Shown here piece after piece: positions 29,916-40,973 of a DNA stretch of 64,000 nucleotides (position 1 is its first letter; each line of letters begins with the position of its first letter). The notes under the pieces are model-generated. The model was not told where the DNA came from. It searched no databases and worked only from the letters and a program-made list of their open reading frames with translations. A program made the position numbers and the translations under genes. The DNA lies in contig CAWFQB010000004.1 of the NCBI GenBank assembly GCA_963817895.1, forward strand, positions 32,001 to 96,000. Direction: 5' to 3'. Origin of the DNA: an uncultured Chthonomonadaceae bacterium. Its GTDB lineage: Bacteria; Armatimonadota; Chthonomonadetes; Chthonomonadales; Chthonomonadaceae.

Positions 29916-30260
29916 TTAGTTATCCATCATTGGCGCGTGTGCCAACACAACCCTCCTGACGCCCAAGCGACTGTCCTCAGACGAGTTACCGGAAATTGCC
30001 GCATTCACGAGGGTGTCGAGCGCGTTCTGCACTTCATCAAAAGACGCAAATGGGCCGGTATCGAATACTGTGTCAGGCGAGAAAATGGTAATCCCAAACT
30101 CACCAGACTCGCTCCGAAATACTTCCATTTCGATGTTCGGCTTCGACGACTTACTGCAACGCGGACACTGCATGTCCATAGTTGGTTGCACCACTGTTGA
30201 TTTCTCCGCCTTCCGCAGATTGGGCGTCCGGCGAGGTAAATTATGTTTGATCATCTTCAT
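29916..30260 (-). CDS. Hypothetical protein (CxxC)
   Basis: AAGGAG RBS; CPRC motif. Confidence 0.5.
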   Translation of the reverse strand: MKMIKHNLPRRTPNLRKAEKSTVVQPTMDMQCPRCSKSSKPNIEMEVFRSESGEFGITIFSPDTVFDTGPFASFDEVQNALDTLVNAAISGNSSEDSRLGVRRVVLAHAPMMDN

Positions 30261-30564
30261 TGCTCCTTGTAGTCCGCATTTTCCGGTCTAGCGTCGTCAA
30301 CGCGGCGCTCTGGCGCGTAGCGATCTTCCGGGCGGCACTGGCATAGGTGCCAGTGCCCAAGTCTAATGCGTCACATTCCTGCACCACCCACCCCGGCAGG
30401 GTGTCAGTGCAGTTCCATAATCTGCCGATCAGCCAGCGCACCGGGCGGGTCTCGCCATCTATTTCAATGTGTTCAGTTTGCGCGCCCGCTTCCAACCAAG
30501 TGATGAACGCATCTCTCAAGTAACTAGGCATGTGCCCTGATCGTTTCGCATTGTTGTGTCTCAT
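30241..30564 (-). CDS. Hypothetical mobile-element protein
   Basis: AAAGGAG RBS; LIGRLWNCTDTLP. Confidence 0.6.
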   Translation of the reverse strand: MRHNNAKRSGHMPSYLRDAFITWLEAGAQTEHIEIDGETRPVRWLIGRLWNCTDTLPGWVVQECDALDLGTGTYASAARKIATRQSAALTTLDRKMRTTRSNEDDQT

Positions 30565-30855
30565 ATTTTCTCCTTTCGCTCACGCATTTGTACTCCTCTG
30601 CATTTAGTCGCACGAAGATCGTAGTAGTCTGGCGCACCATGTTGTGTGCATTCTCCACCATGAGTGAACGTGCGTGTTTAAGGTAGCCAAGAACGAAGTT
30701 CGGTGTTTCATCGCTCACAAGTATTATGGATGATTCTGAACGAAACTTTAGTTCAAATTGAACTATGAAGAATTATTATTTTCGTACCGAAGCATATAGA
30801 GGAAAATGGTACTCTCCCAACGAAGCATTCATCAGATTTGTATGAAGGATAAGGT

Positions 30856-31533
30856 GTGCAAAACATGGCAGACGTAACTAAAAAGCCCAATGTAGCATTA
30901 GACGCCCAACCAGAATGCCCGGAACAAGAGAACATCGAGTCGTTTGGTCGTTGGGTGAAGGCGTGGCGTGAGTACCGGGGCATTTCCCTCAGTGAGATGG
31001 CGAGGCGTGCGGGTTGGGATGCACAGTTTCAGAATTTGCTAGAAAAGGAAGTCAGAAGAAAAAAGGATGGTAGTCCACCGATGCCTCGTGAGGAGACGGT
31101 CAAAATAGTTGCTCATGTTCTAAATGTGTCAGAGCGTGATGCGCTGTTGGCTGCTGGATATGCGCCTCTTGATCTGCGCCGTGTTTCCTATATATCTGCA
31201 CCTCGACGTTCACCGGAGGGAGGCTTTATTTTCTTCCATATCTCAGACATTGACTTGTCAGACATTCACATTCCATCAACAGAGCACGTAGCAAAGCATC
31301 CGAGCGAAAAACCCGATTCATCTGACGTGGAAGTATTGCACAGACTGGAACAGATGATAGAAGAACTGCGGGGAAGAATAGCGGAATATGATCAACGTTT
31401 TCAGAAGTTAGAGGGAGAACAGAGTATTGGGTACCTTGTTCCACAACAGGATGATCGGGTTTCTCAAGCAACACGGGGTCAGACTAAATCGAAGAAAGTA
31501 TCACAACCTCGGATCGTGCCTGATCCTGAGTGA
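30856..31533 (+). CDS. XRE-family HTH repressor
   Basis: FGRWVKAWREYRGISLSEMARRAG...LE, LLAAGY; divergent from a run of small ORFs. Confidence 0.85.
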   Translation: MQNMADVTKKPNVALDAQPECPEQENIESFGRWVKAWREYRGISLSEMARRAGWDAQFQNLLEKEVRRKKDGSPPMPREETVKIVAHVLNVSERDALLAAGYAPLDLRRVSYISAPRRSPEGGFIFFHISDIDLSDIHIPSTEHVAKHPSEKPDSSDVEVLHRLEQMIEELRGRIAEYDQRFQKLEGEQSIGYLVPQQDDRVSQATRGQTKSKKVSQPRIVPDPE

Positions 31534-31645
31534 AAATTGATACAACATTATTTACTATAGTCCGTATAATAAGGACATCCCTTCGGAAAATTTTGATAGG
31601 CACCGATCTCCTCTGCAATGCTATTGGCTGTCTCCTTTGGTCACA

Positions 31646-32929
31646 TCATGGCTCCTCCTTCGGTTTTTCGATCTTGGGCAGTATTCCTGTGTAGTGAGCG
31701 CGCGGACGGATGAGTTGATCGGCTTGATATTCCTCAATGGCATGTCCAATCCAGCCGATAGTACGTCCCAATGCAAACAGCGTTATCGCCGTGCCTGGCG
31801 GCAGTTCCAGCACAAAACACAGAGTTGCCAGGGCGAAATCAATGTTGGGCTGTTCGTGAAGAACGGATCGTGCCGCTTCCGCCAGTGCCGCTGCCAACTC
31901 TACACCTGGCGATTGTGGATAGGCGGCACTCACCAGTTCCAGCAACAGTTTGCCGCGTGGATCGCCTTCGGGATAGAGCCGATGCCCGAACCCTGGCACC
32001 TCCTCGCCACGCCGCATACGCTGTGCAATCGTGCTCCGCGCCTCCTCCGGCCTGCCAGTCTCTCGAAATAAGGCTTCTACACGCACGCTCATTCCACCAT
32101 GCTTCACACCCTGCAAGGCCGCCAGTCCTGCACTCACAACGGCATACGGCGGCGAACCTGCCGACGCCACACAGCGAGCCGTAAACGAGGAGACATTGAG
32201 TTCATGGTCAGCGCACAAAATCAGGGCTGCATCGAATAGCGCTGTGGCCTGTGGTTGGTCTGGAACCCAGGCGCGCTGCAACGTGGCAGCAATACCTTCC
32301 TCTGCCGATACATTCTTCTGATTGGCAGCCAGCAAAGTCATGCGCCGCAGAATACGCGCACCCGTGAGCGCTACCTGTGCAGGACGGAAATCGTAGGCCG
32401 CCAGATCATCTGTCGCCGCAAGAGGCAGGAGTGTCTGATAACGCTCCATTGGCGCGACATCGCGCAACAAAGGCATCATGGCTTCAACATGCGGCGACAT
32501 TGGAGTAAGCGGCTGTGAAAAGAGGATATTCGCCTGCTTTGCGTCTCCTGTCCACAACAATGCTGCCACTTGCTCGACCGTGTTGTTTATCGCCAAGCCA
32601 AGCGCATCCTGTCCCCGATAGTAGAAGCGCCCGTCCTCTATTAACGTCAGGGCCGAAGGCAGCATCGGCGTTCCCCAATGCAGGGCCGTATCTACCACTT
32701 TTTGCGGATCACGCCGCATCTCCTGACGCTCTTTGAGCCGCTGCACATCTTCCGCATGATACCGGCGCGTCCGCTTGCTCGTATCCGCAAACTCCGACCG
32801 CAGCAATCCACGGCTGACATACGAGTAGAGCGTGGGTAGACTGATGCCCAGTTCCTCCGCGACCTCCGACGCGCTCATGTACCCGATAACTTTCTGTTTT
32901 GGCTTCTCTTTCTTCACCGCTTTGCTCAC
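31646..32929 (-). CDS. HTH-containing citrate synthase family protein
   Basis: N-terminal EVAEELGISLPTLYSYVSRGLL; ADHELNVSSF, GVKHGG and PGFGHRLY motifs. Confidence 0.92.
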   Translation of the reverse strand: MSKAVKKEKPKQKVIGYMSASEVAEELGISLPTLYSYVSRGLLRSEFADTSKRTRRYHAEDVQRLKERQEMRRDPQKVVDTALHWGTPMLPSALTLIEDGRFYYRGQDALGLAINNTVEQVAALLWTGDAKQANILFSQPLTPMSPHVEAMMPLLRDVAPMERYQTLLPLAATDDLAAYDFRPAQVALTGARILRRMTLLAANQKNVSAEEGIAATLQRAWVPDQPQATALFDAALILCADHELNVSSFTARCVASAGSPPYAVVSAGLAALQGVKHGGMSVRVEALFRETGRPEEARSTIAQRMRRGEEVPGFGHRLYPEGDPRGKLLLELVSAAYPQSPGVELAAALAEAARSVLHEQPNIDFALATLCFVLELPPGTAITLFALGRTIGWIGHAIEEYQADQLIRPRAHYTGILPKIEKPKEEP

Positions 32930-33025
32930 ACATATATTGATTGTGGAATCAAGATTGACAATGGTTCTGCTGCTGGCCTATATTGTAGCCGGAAGTACAT
33001 TCATGGCGCAAGAGGAGGAACAAGG

Positions 33026-34168
33026 ATGACAGCAACACAGGTGAAGACAGGCTTGGACGGAGTGATTGCCGCAGAAACACGCATCAGCGGCGTGGATGGA
33101 CAAGCGGGCGAGTTGATAATCGCCGGGTTTCCCGTCGAAGAACTGGCGGGACAAGCAACATTTGAGGAGGTCGTGTATTTACTCTGGCATGATGCGCTAC
33201 CCAATGCCGCCCAGGTTTCGGAGTTCAAGCAGGCGTTGGCGGGACACAGAACTCTGCCACAAATTACGCTGGATGTGCTGCAAGCGTCGGCAGCCAAAAA
33301 GATGCTCCCGATGGATGCGCTGCGGATGGCAGCCAGCACTCTCAATCTGGAAGCGGGGGAGGTTGAACATCTCGGTTCAGAACGTGAAGCAGCAATGCTC
33401 GTGGCGCGCTTTCCCACCATTGTCGCGGCTTACTGGCGACTGCTTAACGGCAAAACACCCCTTGCGCCCCAGCCTGATTTGAGTCATGCCGCCAACTACC
33501 TGTACATGTTGACGGGCGAGGAACCAACACAGGAACAGGCCCGTGCGCTCGACACCTACCTGAACACTGTTGTAGATCATGGCCTGAATGCTTCCACCTT
33601 TGCGTCCCGCGTCATCATCTCTACGCAATCCGATTTAGTATCCGCGATTGTTGGGGCTGTCGGCGCGCTCAAAGGGCCGCTGCATGGCGGCGCTCCCGGC
33701 CCTGCGTTGGACATGGTATTCGAGATTAGAACAGAGGAGCGCGCCGAATCCTACCTGCGGGAGAAACTGGAACGAGGAGAACGGCTGATGGGGTTCGGAC
33801 ATCGCATCTACAAAGTGCGCGATCCCAGAGCCGATGTGCTGGCGCGAGCGGCGCGGCAATTGTTCAGTACGGATGGCGACAAAGCCCTGTACGCTCTTGC
33901 GCTGCATGTGGAGCAGACAGCCTTGCGACTTTTGGAAGAATATAAACCGGGACGCGATTTGCAAACGAATGTGGAGTTTTATACAGCCTTGTTGCTGCAC
34001 GGCCTCGGCCTGCCGACAGAATTGTTCACGCCTACCTTTGCCATTGGACGTGTCGCCGGATGGATTGCACATTGTTTCGAGCAACAAAGCCTCAACCGCA
34101 TCATTCGTCCACAATCCGTGTACGTCGGTGAGCATGAGAGAAAATGGATGTCAGTGTTGGCGCGTTAA
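33026..34168 (+). CDS. Citrate synthase / 2-methylcitrate synthase
   Basis: DHGLNASTF, GPLHGGA, MGFGHRIYK..DPRA and NVEFY motifs. Confidence 0.95.
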   Translation: MTATQVKTGLDGVIAAETRISGVDGQAGELIIAGFPVEELAGQATFEEVVYLLWHDALPNAAQVSEFKQALAGHRTLPQITLDVLQASAAKKMLPMDALRMAASTLNLEAGEVEHLGSEREAAMLVARFPTIVAAYWRLLNGKTPLAPQPDLSHAANYLYMLTGEEPTQEQARALDTYLNTVVDHGLNASTFASRVIISTQSDLVSAIVGAVGALKGPLHGGAPGPALDMVFEIRTEERAESYLREKLERGERLMGFGHRIYKVRDPRADVLARAARQLFSTDGDKALYALALHVEQTALRLLEEYKPGRDLQTNVEFYTALLLHGLGLPTELFTPTFAIGRVAGWIAHCFEQQSLNRIIRPQSVYVGEHERKWMSVLAR

Positions 34169-34192
34169 TTTCTTAACGATGAGACAGGCTTT

Positions 34193-34229
34193 TATTGGCC
34201 TGCACGAAAATTTTTCGTGCAGGCCAATA
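34193..34229. terminator. Palindromic hairpin with GAAAAT-TTTTC apex
   Basis: tattggcctgcacgaaaa-t-ttttcgtgcaggccaata, after the citrate synthase stop. Confidence 0.7.
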
Positions 34230-34444
34230 CCAAGTTATTGTGCCCAGTGCTATGTGCTATGCTGTCGAAGCAAACACTCCACGTCCTCTCTCGCTACCCA
34301 CACTGTTCGATCAACTTCAGATTAGAGCAAACACCGCCGTTGCCGTTCCTGGCAGCGATCCCAACCCCAATACACATTTGTAAGCCCTAACCCGGTGTAT
34401 GGATAAAGCGTTCAGTCTCCGAGCGAACTATTTCTGTGGAACCG

Positions 34445-34474
34445 TTGACAAAGTGCTATCGTCCGTGTCATAAG
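34445..34474 (+). promoter_or_regulatory. Putative sigma70-like promoter of imuB-dnaE2
   Basis: Perfect TTGACA at 34445 followed by a weak -10 region (tgtcataag). Confidence 0.35.
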
Positions 34475-34843
34475 AAAGCAGAATTATGTACGCCTATTTA
34501 CATCTACATTCTGTATGGGAGGCAGCAGACTGTGATCGGATGTTTCCTGTTTGCTCACGCGGGGATTGCTGTTGAAAGAACACGTTCTGTAAATCTATGG
34601 GGTGAGGCTTTCGCATTGTGTGGCCCAGACAATACGCTTTTGGTAGTCACGGAGGAAGCGGCTCAATTCGGAGTGCGCGCTGGGCAGACATCCTCCTCGG
34701 CACGGGCACTTTGTTCGGGGCTGATTATTCTGCCTTACGACCGAGCAGCCTACGAAACGGCAATGCAAATAGCGGAATGTGTCAAGGATTTTGAGACAAA
34801 AAGCGAAAGTATTTTTATGTAGCGAGCAGTCATTCCTCGCCAC

Positions 34844-35870
34844 TCAACCGGCAACCGGTGCTGTGCCTTCGCCAACGGGCAACGCAGGCGCATTGATCCA
34901 GACGACGTTGGGTAACTGCCCCGCCTGCGGACGCTCTCGAAAGCGTTGCGGATGCGCGGCATAGGCGTTATCTAACGTGACTTGCCGCTGCGCCAATACC
35001 TGCGTTGCTTCGCCGAAATGCACCTGTTCGGGCGTAAGCAACACCAAGCCGGTATGGTGGTGGCACGTATTGTACCCGACAAAGTAGTCCTGGCAGAACG
35101 TCTGCGCGTCTTCCTGGCTGCTAAAGCGCTCCGGGAAGTAGGCGCTGTACTTCATCGTTTTGAACCCGGCTTCCGAGTACGGGTTGTCGTTGCTGACACG
35201 CGGGCGGCTGTGCGAACGGGTCACCTGCAACGAAAGTAAGAGCTGCGCTACCGACTGGCTTTTCATCGGCCCGCCGCGATCCGCATGGAGGGTGAGTTGG
35301 TTAGGCGCGATGTTGTATTTACGACAGGTTTCTTGCAGCAGCTTGTGCGCCAGGTATTGACACTCCCGGTCTGCGAGCATCCAGCCGACCACATAACGAC
35401 TGTAGATGTCCATAACCACATATAAGTAATAGAAGCGACCCCGAATGGGCGTCTTCAAGTAGGTGATGTCCCATGTCCACACCTGATTAGGGCCGGTTGC
35501 CTTAAGTTCAGGTTTGCTATACGCCGGATGCCTGCGAACCCGCCGACGCTCACAGATGGCTTGGTGTTCGTGCAGCAGGCGATACATCGTGCGATAGGAA
35601 GCGTGATACACGCCTTCTTGCAGCAATTGCGCATACACCTGCCGGGGCGAAGCGTCTACAAAGCGTTCCGACAAGAGTAGATTGAGCAACAGGGCGCGTT
35701 CCTCTTCCGACAAGCGGCGAGGAGAACCCCGTTGTGCTTTTGGGAACAAGGACGCCTTCTTGGATTGTGCCCGTACCAGCGTGTTGCTCCCGGTAGAAGC
35801 GGGCGCGGCTCAGTTGCACCGCATCACAGGCGCGGCCAATCCCGGTCGTTGCGCCCGCTTCGGCAACCAG
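34844..35870 (-). CDS. IS3-family transposase OrfB (DDE/rve); frameshift near 35740; start approximate
   Basis: PNQVWTWDITY, DIYSRYVVGW, LHADRG and SNDNPYSEA motifs. Confidence 0.92.
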
Positions 35871-35872
35871 GC

Positions 35873-36319
35873 TTATTCGGGCGGCGTTTCTTCCAGTGTC
35901 AGGTCGAGCAAGGCCGCTACTTTTTTTTGGAGTTCCAGCAGAACGCGCAGTTTCTGGTTCTCGGTTTCCAGAGCGGCCATCCTGCGGGCATCGCGTTGGC
36001 GGGCGGCTTCTTTGTCTTTGCGCTGCTTCTGCGCCTGGGCAGAGTTCTTCTCGCCCAACTGACCCGCCTCGCGCAGTTTGCGGAAGTTGGCAAGCGTGGA
36101 GGAGTACAGCCCTTCGCGGCGAAGCAGCGCCCCCAACTCTCCCGGCTTGACGCAGGCGTCGGCTTCTTTAAGGATGCGCAGCTTGTACGCAGCGGTAAAG
36201 CGGCGGCGCGTGGGGCGCGTTTGCACCTGCGCCTCCGGGCGCAGCGCGGGGGAGGGCGCGCTGTGGTGTCCATTGTTGGTGAGGCGAGTGGTTGGGCTGT
36301 CTGTCAACGGCGTATTCAT
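35873..36319 (-). CDS. IS3-family transposase OrfA
   Basis: RRRFTAAYKLRILKEAD...GALLRREGLYSS, with a C-terminal coiled coil. Confidence 0.92.
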   Translation of the reverse strand: MNTPLTDSPTTRLTNNGHHSAPSPALRPEAQVQTRPTRRRFTAAYKLRILKEADACVKPGELGALLRREGLYSSTLANFRKLREAGQLGEKNSAQAQKQRKDKEAARQRDARRMAALETENQKLRVLLELQKKVAALLDLTLEETPPE

Positions 36320-37580
36320 CTGAGAAATCCATTCTCCGCCCTGGCGATCTACACTATTTCGTGTACGGGATTTTGTCTCAACCTATTGTGGCACACAGGG
36401 TAGTCTGGAATGCACTTGGAGTAGAGTCTTCAGTTGTTGAGCCTGTCAGCCCAGAGGTGGCTTATGTGGAGTTCACAGGCTTAAACATCTTCGAGCGCAC
36501 CCGCGATCTTGCCAACGAACTTGCCGCCCGCATTCGCATTACTGTTCAGGTTGGGTTGGCTCGCACGAAAATGGCGGCTTACAACGCTGCTCTGCAATCC
36601 CACAATAATCAAGTGGTGGTGGTTCCTGCCGGGATGGAGGCGGAACTTCTCGCCCCAGTTCCGATAGCAGAAGTGCCACAAATTGATACGAAACTCTGCA
36701 AGGCGTTACAGCGCCTCGGCGTCCACACATTAGGCGATCTCCTCAACTTGCCGTCGCGTGAACTTCAACGCCAGTTCAAGGGGAAAGGTATTTGGTTGCA
36801 GCGATTGGCAAGCGGTGAGGATGGCGACCGTGTACGTGCGCTGTGGCCTCCTCGACGTGTGAGATGCGGAGTTGACTTTGACTATGAGGTGTACAACGTA
36901 ATCGCCGTCGAGCAAACCATACGCCAATGTGCTGCAAACATCGCCGCCTCCCTCATGCGTGAGAGGGAATTTGCCCGGTCTCTAACCCTCCGTGTGCGAT
37001 TAGCGGATGATAGCCATATTCAGGATGACGCTCAACTGTATACGCCCATAGACAACGAGGCTGGCGTGTACCGAATTGCTGTCCGGCTGCTCCGCAAACT
37101 ACCTGTCAATCAACCTGTCATCGGCTTGGAAATAGAGGCCGGGAACTTAGGTACGGGTAGCGGAATTCAGATGGCTCTCTTTGATACTAACGAGAGCGGG
37201 CTTGGCTATCCACATGAAAGACGGCAGCGATTAGACGACACTCTGGGCTATATTCGTGGGCGTTTTGGGATTGCAGCCGTTGTTCCTCTGCGGCTTTTAT
37301 CGCAAGCGCGCCGCATCCATCTATGGACATATCCTTTAGGCCATCTCCTCTGTGAACCCGTGGAAGTAGCGACGACCCGCAAAGGAACGCCGGTAAGATA
37401 TTGGCGGCGCGGGCAACAGTACGAAGTTGTAGGCGTCCATGACCGCTGGCGCGAGTCCGAAGCCGTGTGGCACGAACTTATAGAGAGCATCACCTACCGT
37501 GTGGAAACTGATCCCCCGCCTGGCTTTTACGAACTGAACAAGATCGGCAAACAATGGCGGGTTGTGGGGTTGTCAGACTG

Positions 37581-40500
37581 ATGTTTATTCACCTTCATGT
37601 ACATTCTCCATACTCTTTTCTTGACGGCGCGAGTGACATTGAGAGCCTTGTCCGCCGCGCCGCCTCGTTTGGTATGCCTGCCCTTGCTCTCACCGATCAT
37701 GACAGCGTTGCCGCCGCCGTCAAGTTTGTATCCTGTTGTCAGCAGTACAGCATCCATCCGATTTTGGGCGCTGAAGTGACGATGGAGGACGAGAGCCATC
37801 TTACGCTTCTGGCCCAGAACCGCGCCGGGTACACAAACCTCTGTCGCCTTCTGACTTCTTCTTATGTGAACGGCGGAAGACTTACGCCGCGCCTGCCGTG
37901 GAAGGCCCTGCCTGATTATGCCAGCGGTTTGTTCTGTCTCTCAGGATGCCGAAGGGGATTGGTGTCGGCTCATGTTCGGGAACATCGTTATGAGCAGGCA
38001 AAGGAAGTGGCGGCGCGGCTCAAGGGATGGTTTGGGTCTGAACATTTCTTCATTGAGTTGCAGGACGATCTAACTCCTGGCAGCCATCGGGTCTGTCACG
38101 ATTTGGTTGAACTTGCCGAACATATTGGTGTCGGAGTGGTCGCCACGAACAATGTCCATCACGCAGATCGGGTAGATTACATAACTTGGGACGTTCTTCG
38201 TATCATTGCGACAGGCGGTACTTCCGAACAAGTCCATCCAGACCGCCCCTTTAATGCTGAACGCTTCTTGAAGTCGCCGCATTCCATGTCTGCTCTATTC
38301 GCGTGGTGCCCAGAGGCCGTAGCGAACACACATCGTATCGCCGAAGTATGTGAATTGGCATTGCCGATGGGAGAGGAAATCACGCCCCGGTTCAGCATTC
38401 CAGAAGCCCACAATGACTCCCATGCGTATCTTCGTCACCTCACCTATAAAGGCGCGCAAGCCCGCTATAAAACGCTTACTCCGAAGATTATCTCTCGACT
38501 AGAACATGAACTCGATGTAATCTGTACGCTTGGTTTTGCGGACTACATGCTCCTGTGCTGGGACATTGTGAGGTGGGCTAGAAAACAAGGTATCAGAGCG
38601 ACAGGCAGGGGATCGGCGGCGGATAGTTGTGTGGCGTTTTCCTTGATGCTCACCGATGTAGACGTGATCCAACGACAACTTCCCTTCGCACGCTTCTTGG
38701 TTCCCGGCAAGACGCCTGACGTTGATGTAGACTTCCCCTCTGACAGGCGCGATGACGTTTTCCGCCACATCATCGAAAAGTATGGAGAAGATCATGTTGG
38801 GATGTGCTGTACCTTCCACACATACTGGGCGCGGTCAGCAGTTCGGGACGTTGGCAAAGCAATGGGACTGCCGAAGGATGCTGTGGAAATTCTTTCCGAC
38901 CGGCTGGCAGGTTTTGTGCGAGCGGATCAGATTGAGGAAGCATTCGACTGCTACGCCGAGTTAAAGCCATTCCAAAACTACAAAGAACGGTTCCGGCTCT
39001 TGTTCTTACTGTGTTCTCGTATCGCGGGTTTTCCACGCCACATCGGAACGCACTCCTCCGGCGTTGTCATCTCGCGAGTTCCGTTGTCCACGATTGCCCC
39101 ATTACAGCCGAGTGCGCGCGGCCTCACTCAAATCTGGACGCTGGACAAAGACGACGCCGAGGCAGTCGGTGGGATCAAATTTGATGTTTTATCTCTCCGC
39201 GCGCTGTCGGCTGTTGGGGATGCGGAAAAGGACATCGCACGCGTTGATCCTGCTTTCCATTATGACCGCATACCGCTCAATGACAAGGCCACCTATCAGA
39301 TGATCCAGAGCGGAAAAGCCGTTGGAACGTTTCAGTTGGAGAGTGCCGCGCAGATGTCGCTCGCCACGACACTCCATCCCACCAATTTTGAACATCTGGT
39401 AGCCTCCGTTGCCCTCATTCGTCCTGGGCCGATCCGTGGTAATGCTGTCAGGCGGTATGTCGCTGCCCGCAATGGATGGTCGCGCATGGACGTGCTGCAT
39501 CCATGCTTGGCCCCACTACTTGCCAAAACGTATGGGGTAATAGTTTTTCAAGAGCAAGTGAATGATGTATTCGCCGCCATAACCGGGTGTAACGATGCTC
39601 AGGCGGATGCACTTCGGAAGGCCCTCACCAAGCACGCAAAGATGGGCACTATGGATCAGGCCCGTGAGGAGTTCGTGAGCCGCGCACGCACGCGCCATCC
39701 CGATCTATCACCGGAAAAAGCACATCTTCTATTCGACCAACTTGAAGGGTGGAGCGGCTTGGGATTTATTGAGGGCCATGCTGCTGCCTTTGCTTTGACA
39801 GGCTACAAGACGGCCCACCTATCTGTTCATCATGTTGCCGAGTTCTATGCTGCGCTTCTCAATCACATGCCAATGGGCTACTTCAATGCGAACTCGTATG
39901 CGGCAGAAGCAAGGCGGAGAGGTGTTCAAATATTGCCCGTGGACATCAACGCAAGCGGGGATAAATCTTATGCTGAACGTCCTGATGCGATCCGATTGGG
40001 ATTGCGGCTCGTGGCGGAGATGCGGGAACAGGACATTGCAGCCATTGTTCAGCAGCGAGCGGAAAATGGTCTTTTCCGCTCGCTGCTGGAATTCTGTGTA
40101 AGAGTGCCATTGCCCAAGAATGTTGTTGAAAACCTGGTTTTGTGTGGGGCGTTTGAAAGTCTTCACCCTCAACGCCGGGGACTGTTGTGGCGGCTGGATG
40201 AAACCCTGGCCCTGGCAAATACATTACGGGCCGGGATGAGTTCGTCAGGACAAGAAACCTTTGCCTTTGGAGATATGGAAAATGTAGTAACTCCCGCAGC
40301 GTATAACATTGAGGAGTTTTCGCCGTGGGAAGCCTACATGTGGACATGGAGGATCACAGGTGTTGCTGCGGACTGTCACCCAATGGCTCATATTCGAGAG
40401 CAGTTGCAACGATGGCGTATTCTCACCACGCAAGAAGCAGAGCAACAGAAGAACGGCGTGCTTGTAACAGTTGCAGGGATCAACATTCGGCCCCACCGCC

Positions 40501-40811
40501 CGCCGACGAGGAGTGGACGTTCTGTTTTGTTTTCTACCATTGAAGATGAATTCGGCTTCGTCCAAGTGGTATGTTTGGGTGATGCGCTCGAAGCCTGTAC
40601 CCCAGTCTTCTTATTGTCACCGGCTGTAATCGTTCGTGGAATTGTTGAGCGGCATGGGAGTGGAGTGTCGTTGCGAGTGGAGCGGGTCAAACCTTTGTAC
40701 ATGAGTCTTGGATATGAAGATCAAAGGCACCTTGTAACCGACATACTTACAGATAAAAACAAGGATAGAAGGCGTCCTGCCAACGCCCCGGCGAGCAGTA
40801 GTGTCTCGTAA
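37581..40811 (+). CDS. dnaE2: Error-prone DNA polymerase III alpha subunit (DnaE2/ImuC)
   Basis: HLHVHSPYSFLDGAS PHP domain; GRGSAADS, PDVDVDF and RPHRPPT; downstream of imuB. Confidence 0.93.
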   Translation: MFIHLHVHSPYSFLDGASDIESLVRRAASFGMPALALTDHDSVAAAVKFVSCCQQYSIHPILGAEVTMEDESHLTLLAQNRAGYTNLCRLLTSSYVNGGRLTPRLPWKALPDYASGLFCLSGCRRGLVSAHVREHRYEQAKEVAARLKGWFGSEHFFIELQDDLTPGSHRVCHDLVELAEHIGVGVVATNNVHHADRVDYITWDVLRIIATGGTSEQVHPDRPFNAERFLKSPHSMSALFAWCPEAVANTHRIAEVCELALPMGEEITPRFSIPEAHNDSHAYLRHLTYKGAQARYKTLTPKIISRLEHELDVICTLGFADYMLLCWDIVRWARKQGIRATGRGSAADSCVAFSLMLTDVDVIQRQLPFARFLVPGKTPDVDVDFPSDRRDDVFRHIIEKYGEDHVGMCCTFHTYWARSAVRDVGKAMGLPKDAVEILSDRLAGFVRADQIEEAFDCYAELKPFQNYKERFRLLFLLCSRIAGFPRHIGTHSSGVVISRVPLSTIAPLQPSARGLTQIWTLDKDDAEAVGGIKFDVLSLRALSAVGDAEKDIARVDPAFHYDRIPLNDKATYQMIQSGKAVGTFQLESAAQMSLATTLHPTNFEHLVASVALIRPGPIRGNAVRRYVAARNGWSRMDVLHPCLAPLLAKTYGVIVFQEQVNDVFAAITGCNDAQADALRKALTKHAKMGTMDQAREEFVSRARTRHPDLSPEKAHLLFDQLEGWSGLGFIEGHAAAFALTGYKTAHLSVHHVAEFYAALLNHMPMGYFNANSYAAEARRRGVQILPVDINASGDKSYAERPDAIRLGLRLVAEMREQDIAAIVQQRAENGLFRSLLEFCVRVPLPKNVVENLVLCGAFESLHPQRRGLLWRLDETLALANTLRAGMSSSGQETFAFGDMENVVTPAAYNIEEFSPWEAYMWTWRITGVAADCHPMAHIREQLQRWRILTTQEAEQQKNGVLVTVAGINIRPHRPPTRSGRSVLFSTIEDEFGFVQVVCLGDALEACTPVFLLSPAVIVRGIVERHGSGVSLRVERVKPLYMSLGYEDQRHLVTDILTDKNKDRRRPANAPASSSVS

Positions 40812-40926
40812 CAAGAACATAACCGACATTAACGGTAATCACCTTCTCTATTTCAAGCCCACGCCTGGAGGCGAACAGTGATGACACGCATTACCGTTGG
40901 TGGGCTTGACCTATAACATGAAAGCG

Positions 40927-40949
40927 CCACGCGGAAAATTTCCGCGTGG
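40927..40949. terminator. Palindromic hairpin with GAAAATTTC apex, between convergent genes
   Basis: ccacgcggaaa-a-tttccgcgtgg. Confidence 0.65.
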
Positions 40950-40973
40950 TTTATTCGTTCATGCCCACCAGCG

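Larger units (their letters stand above)
34773..36400 (-). mobile_element. IS3-family insertion sequence with a TAG target duplication
   Basis: Subterminal inverted repeats TGTG(T/C)CA..TTGAGACAAAA at 34778 and 36395; TAG at 34770-34772 and 36401-36403; excision restores the imuB frame (MQIVWN). Confidence 0.88.
34532..37581 (+). pseudogene. imuB: ImuB-like Y-family polymerase homologue with a C-terminal DUF6504-like domain, interrupted by an IS
   Basis: GGGAGG-GTG start; EAAQFGVRAG...ARALC, then after the IS VEPVSPEVAYVE, VGLARTKMAA and LQRLGVHTLGDL; TGA overlaps the dnaE2 ATG. Confidence 0.85.

Noticed and set aside
31646..34168. Divergent citrate synthase pair as a novelty
   Set aside because: An HTH-citrate synthase-like gene paired with a citrate synthase is a known, widespread arrangement.
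34420..34590. LexA box upstream of imuB
   Set aside because: Only partial GAAC/GTAC-like words with inconsistent spacing; cannot be supported.
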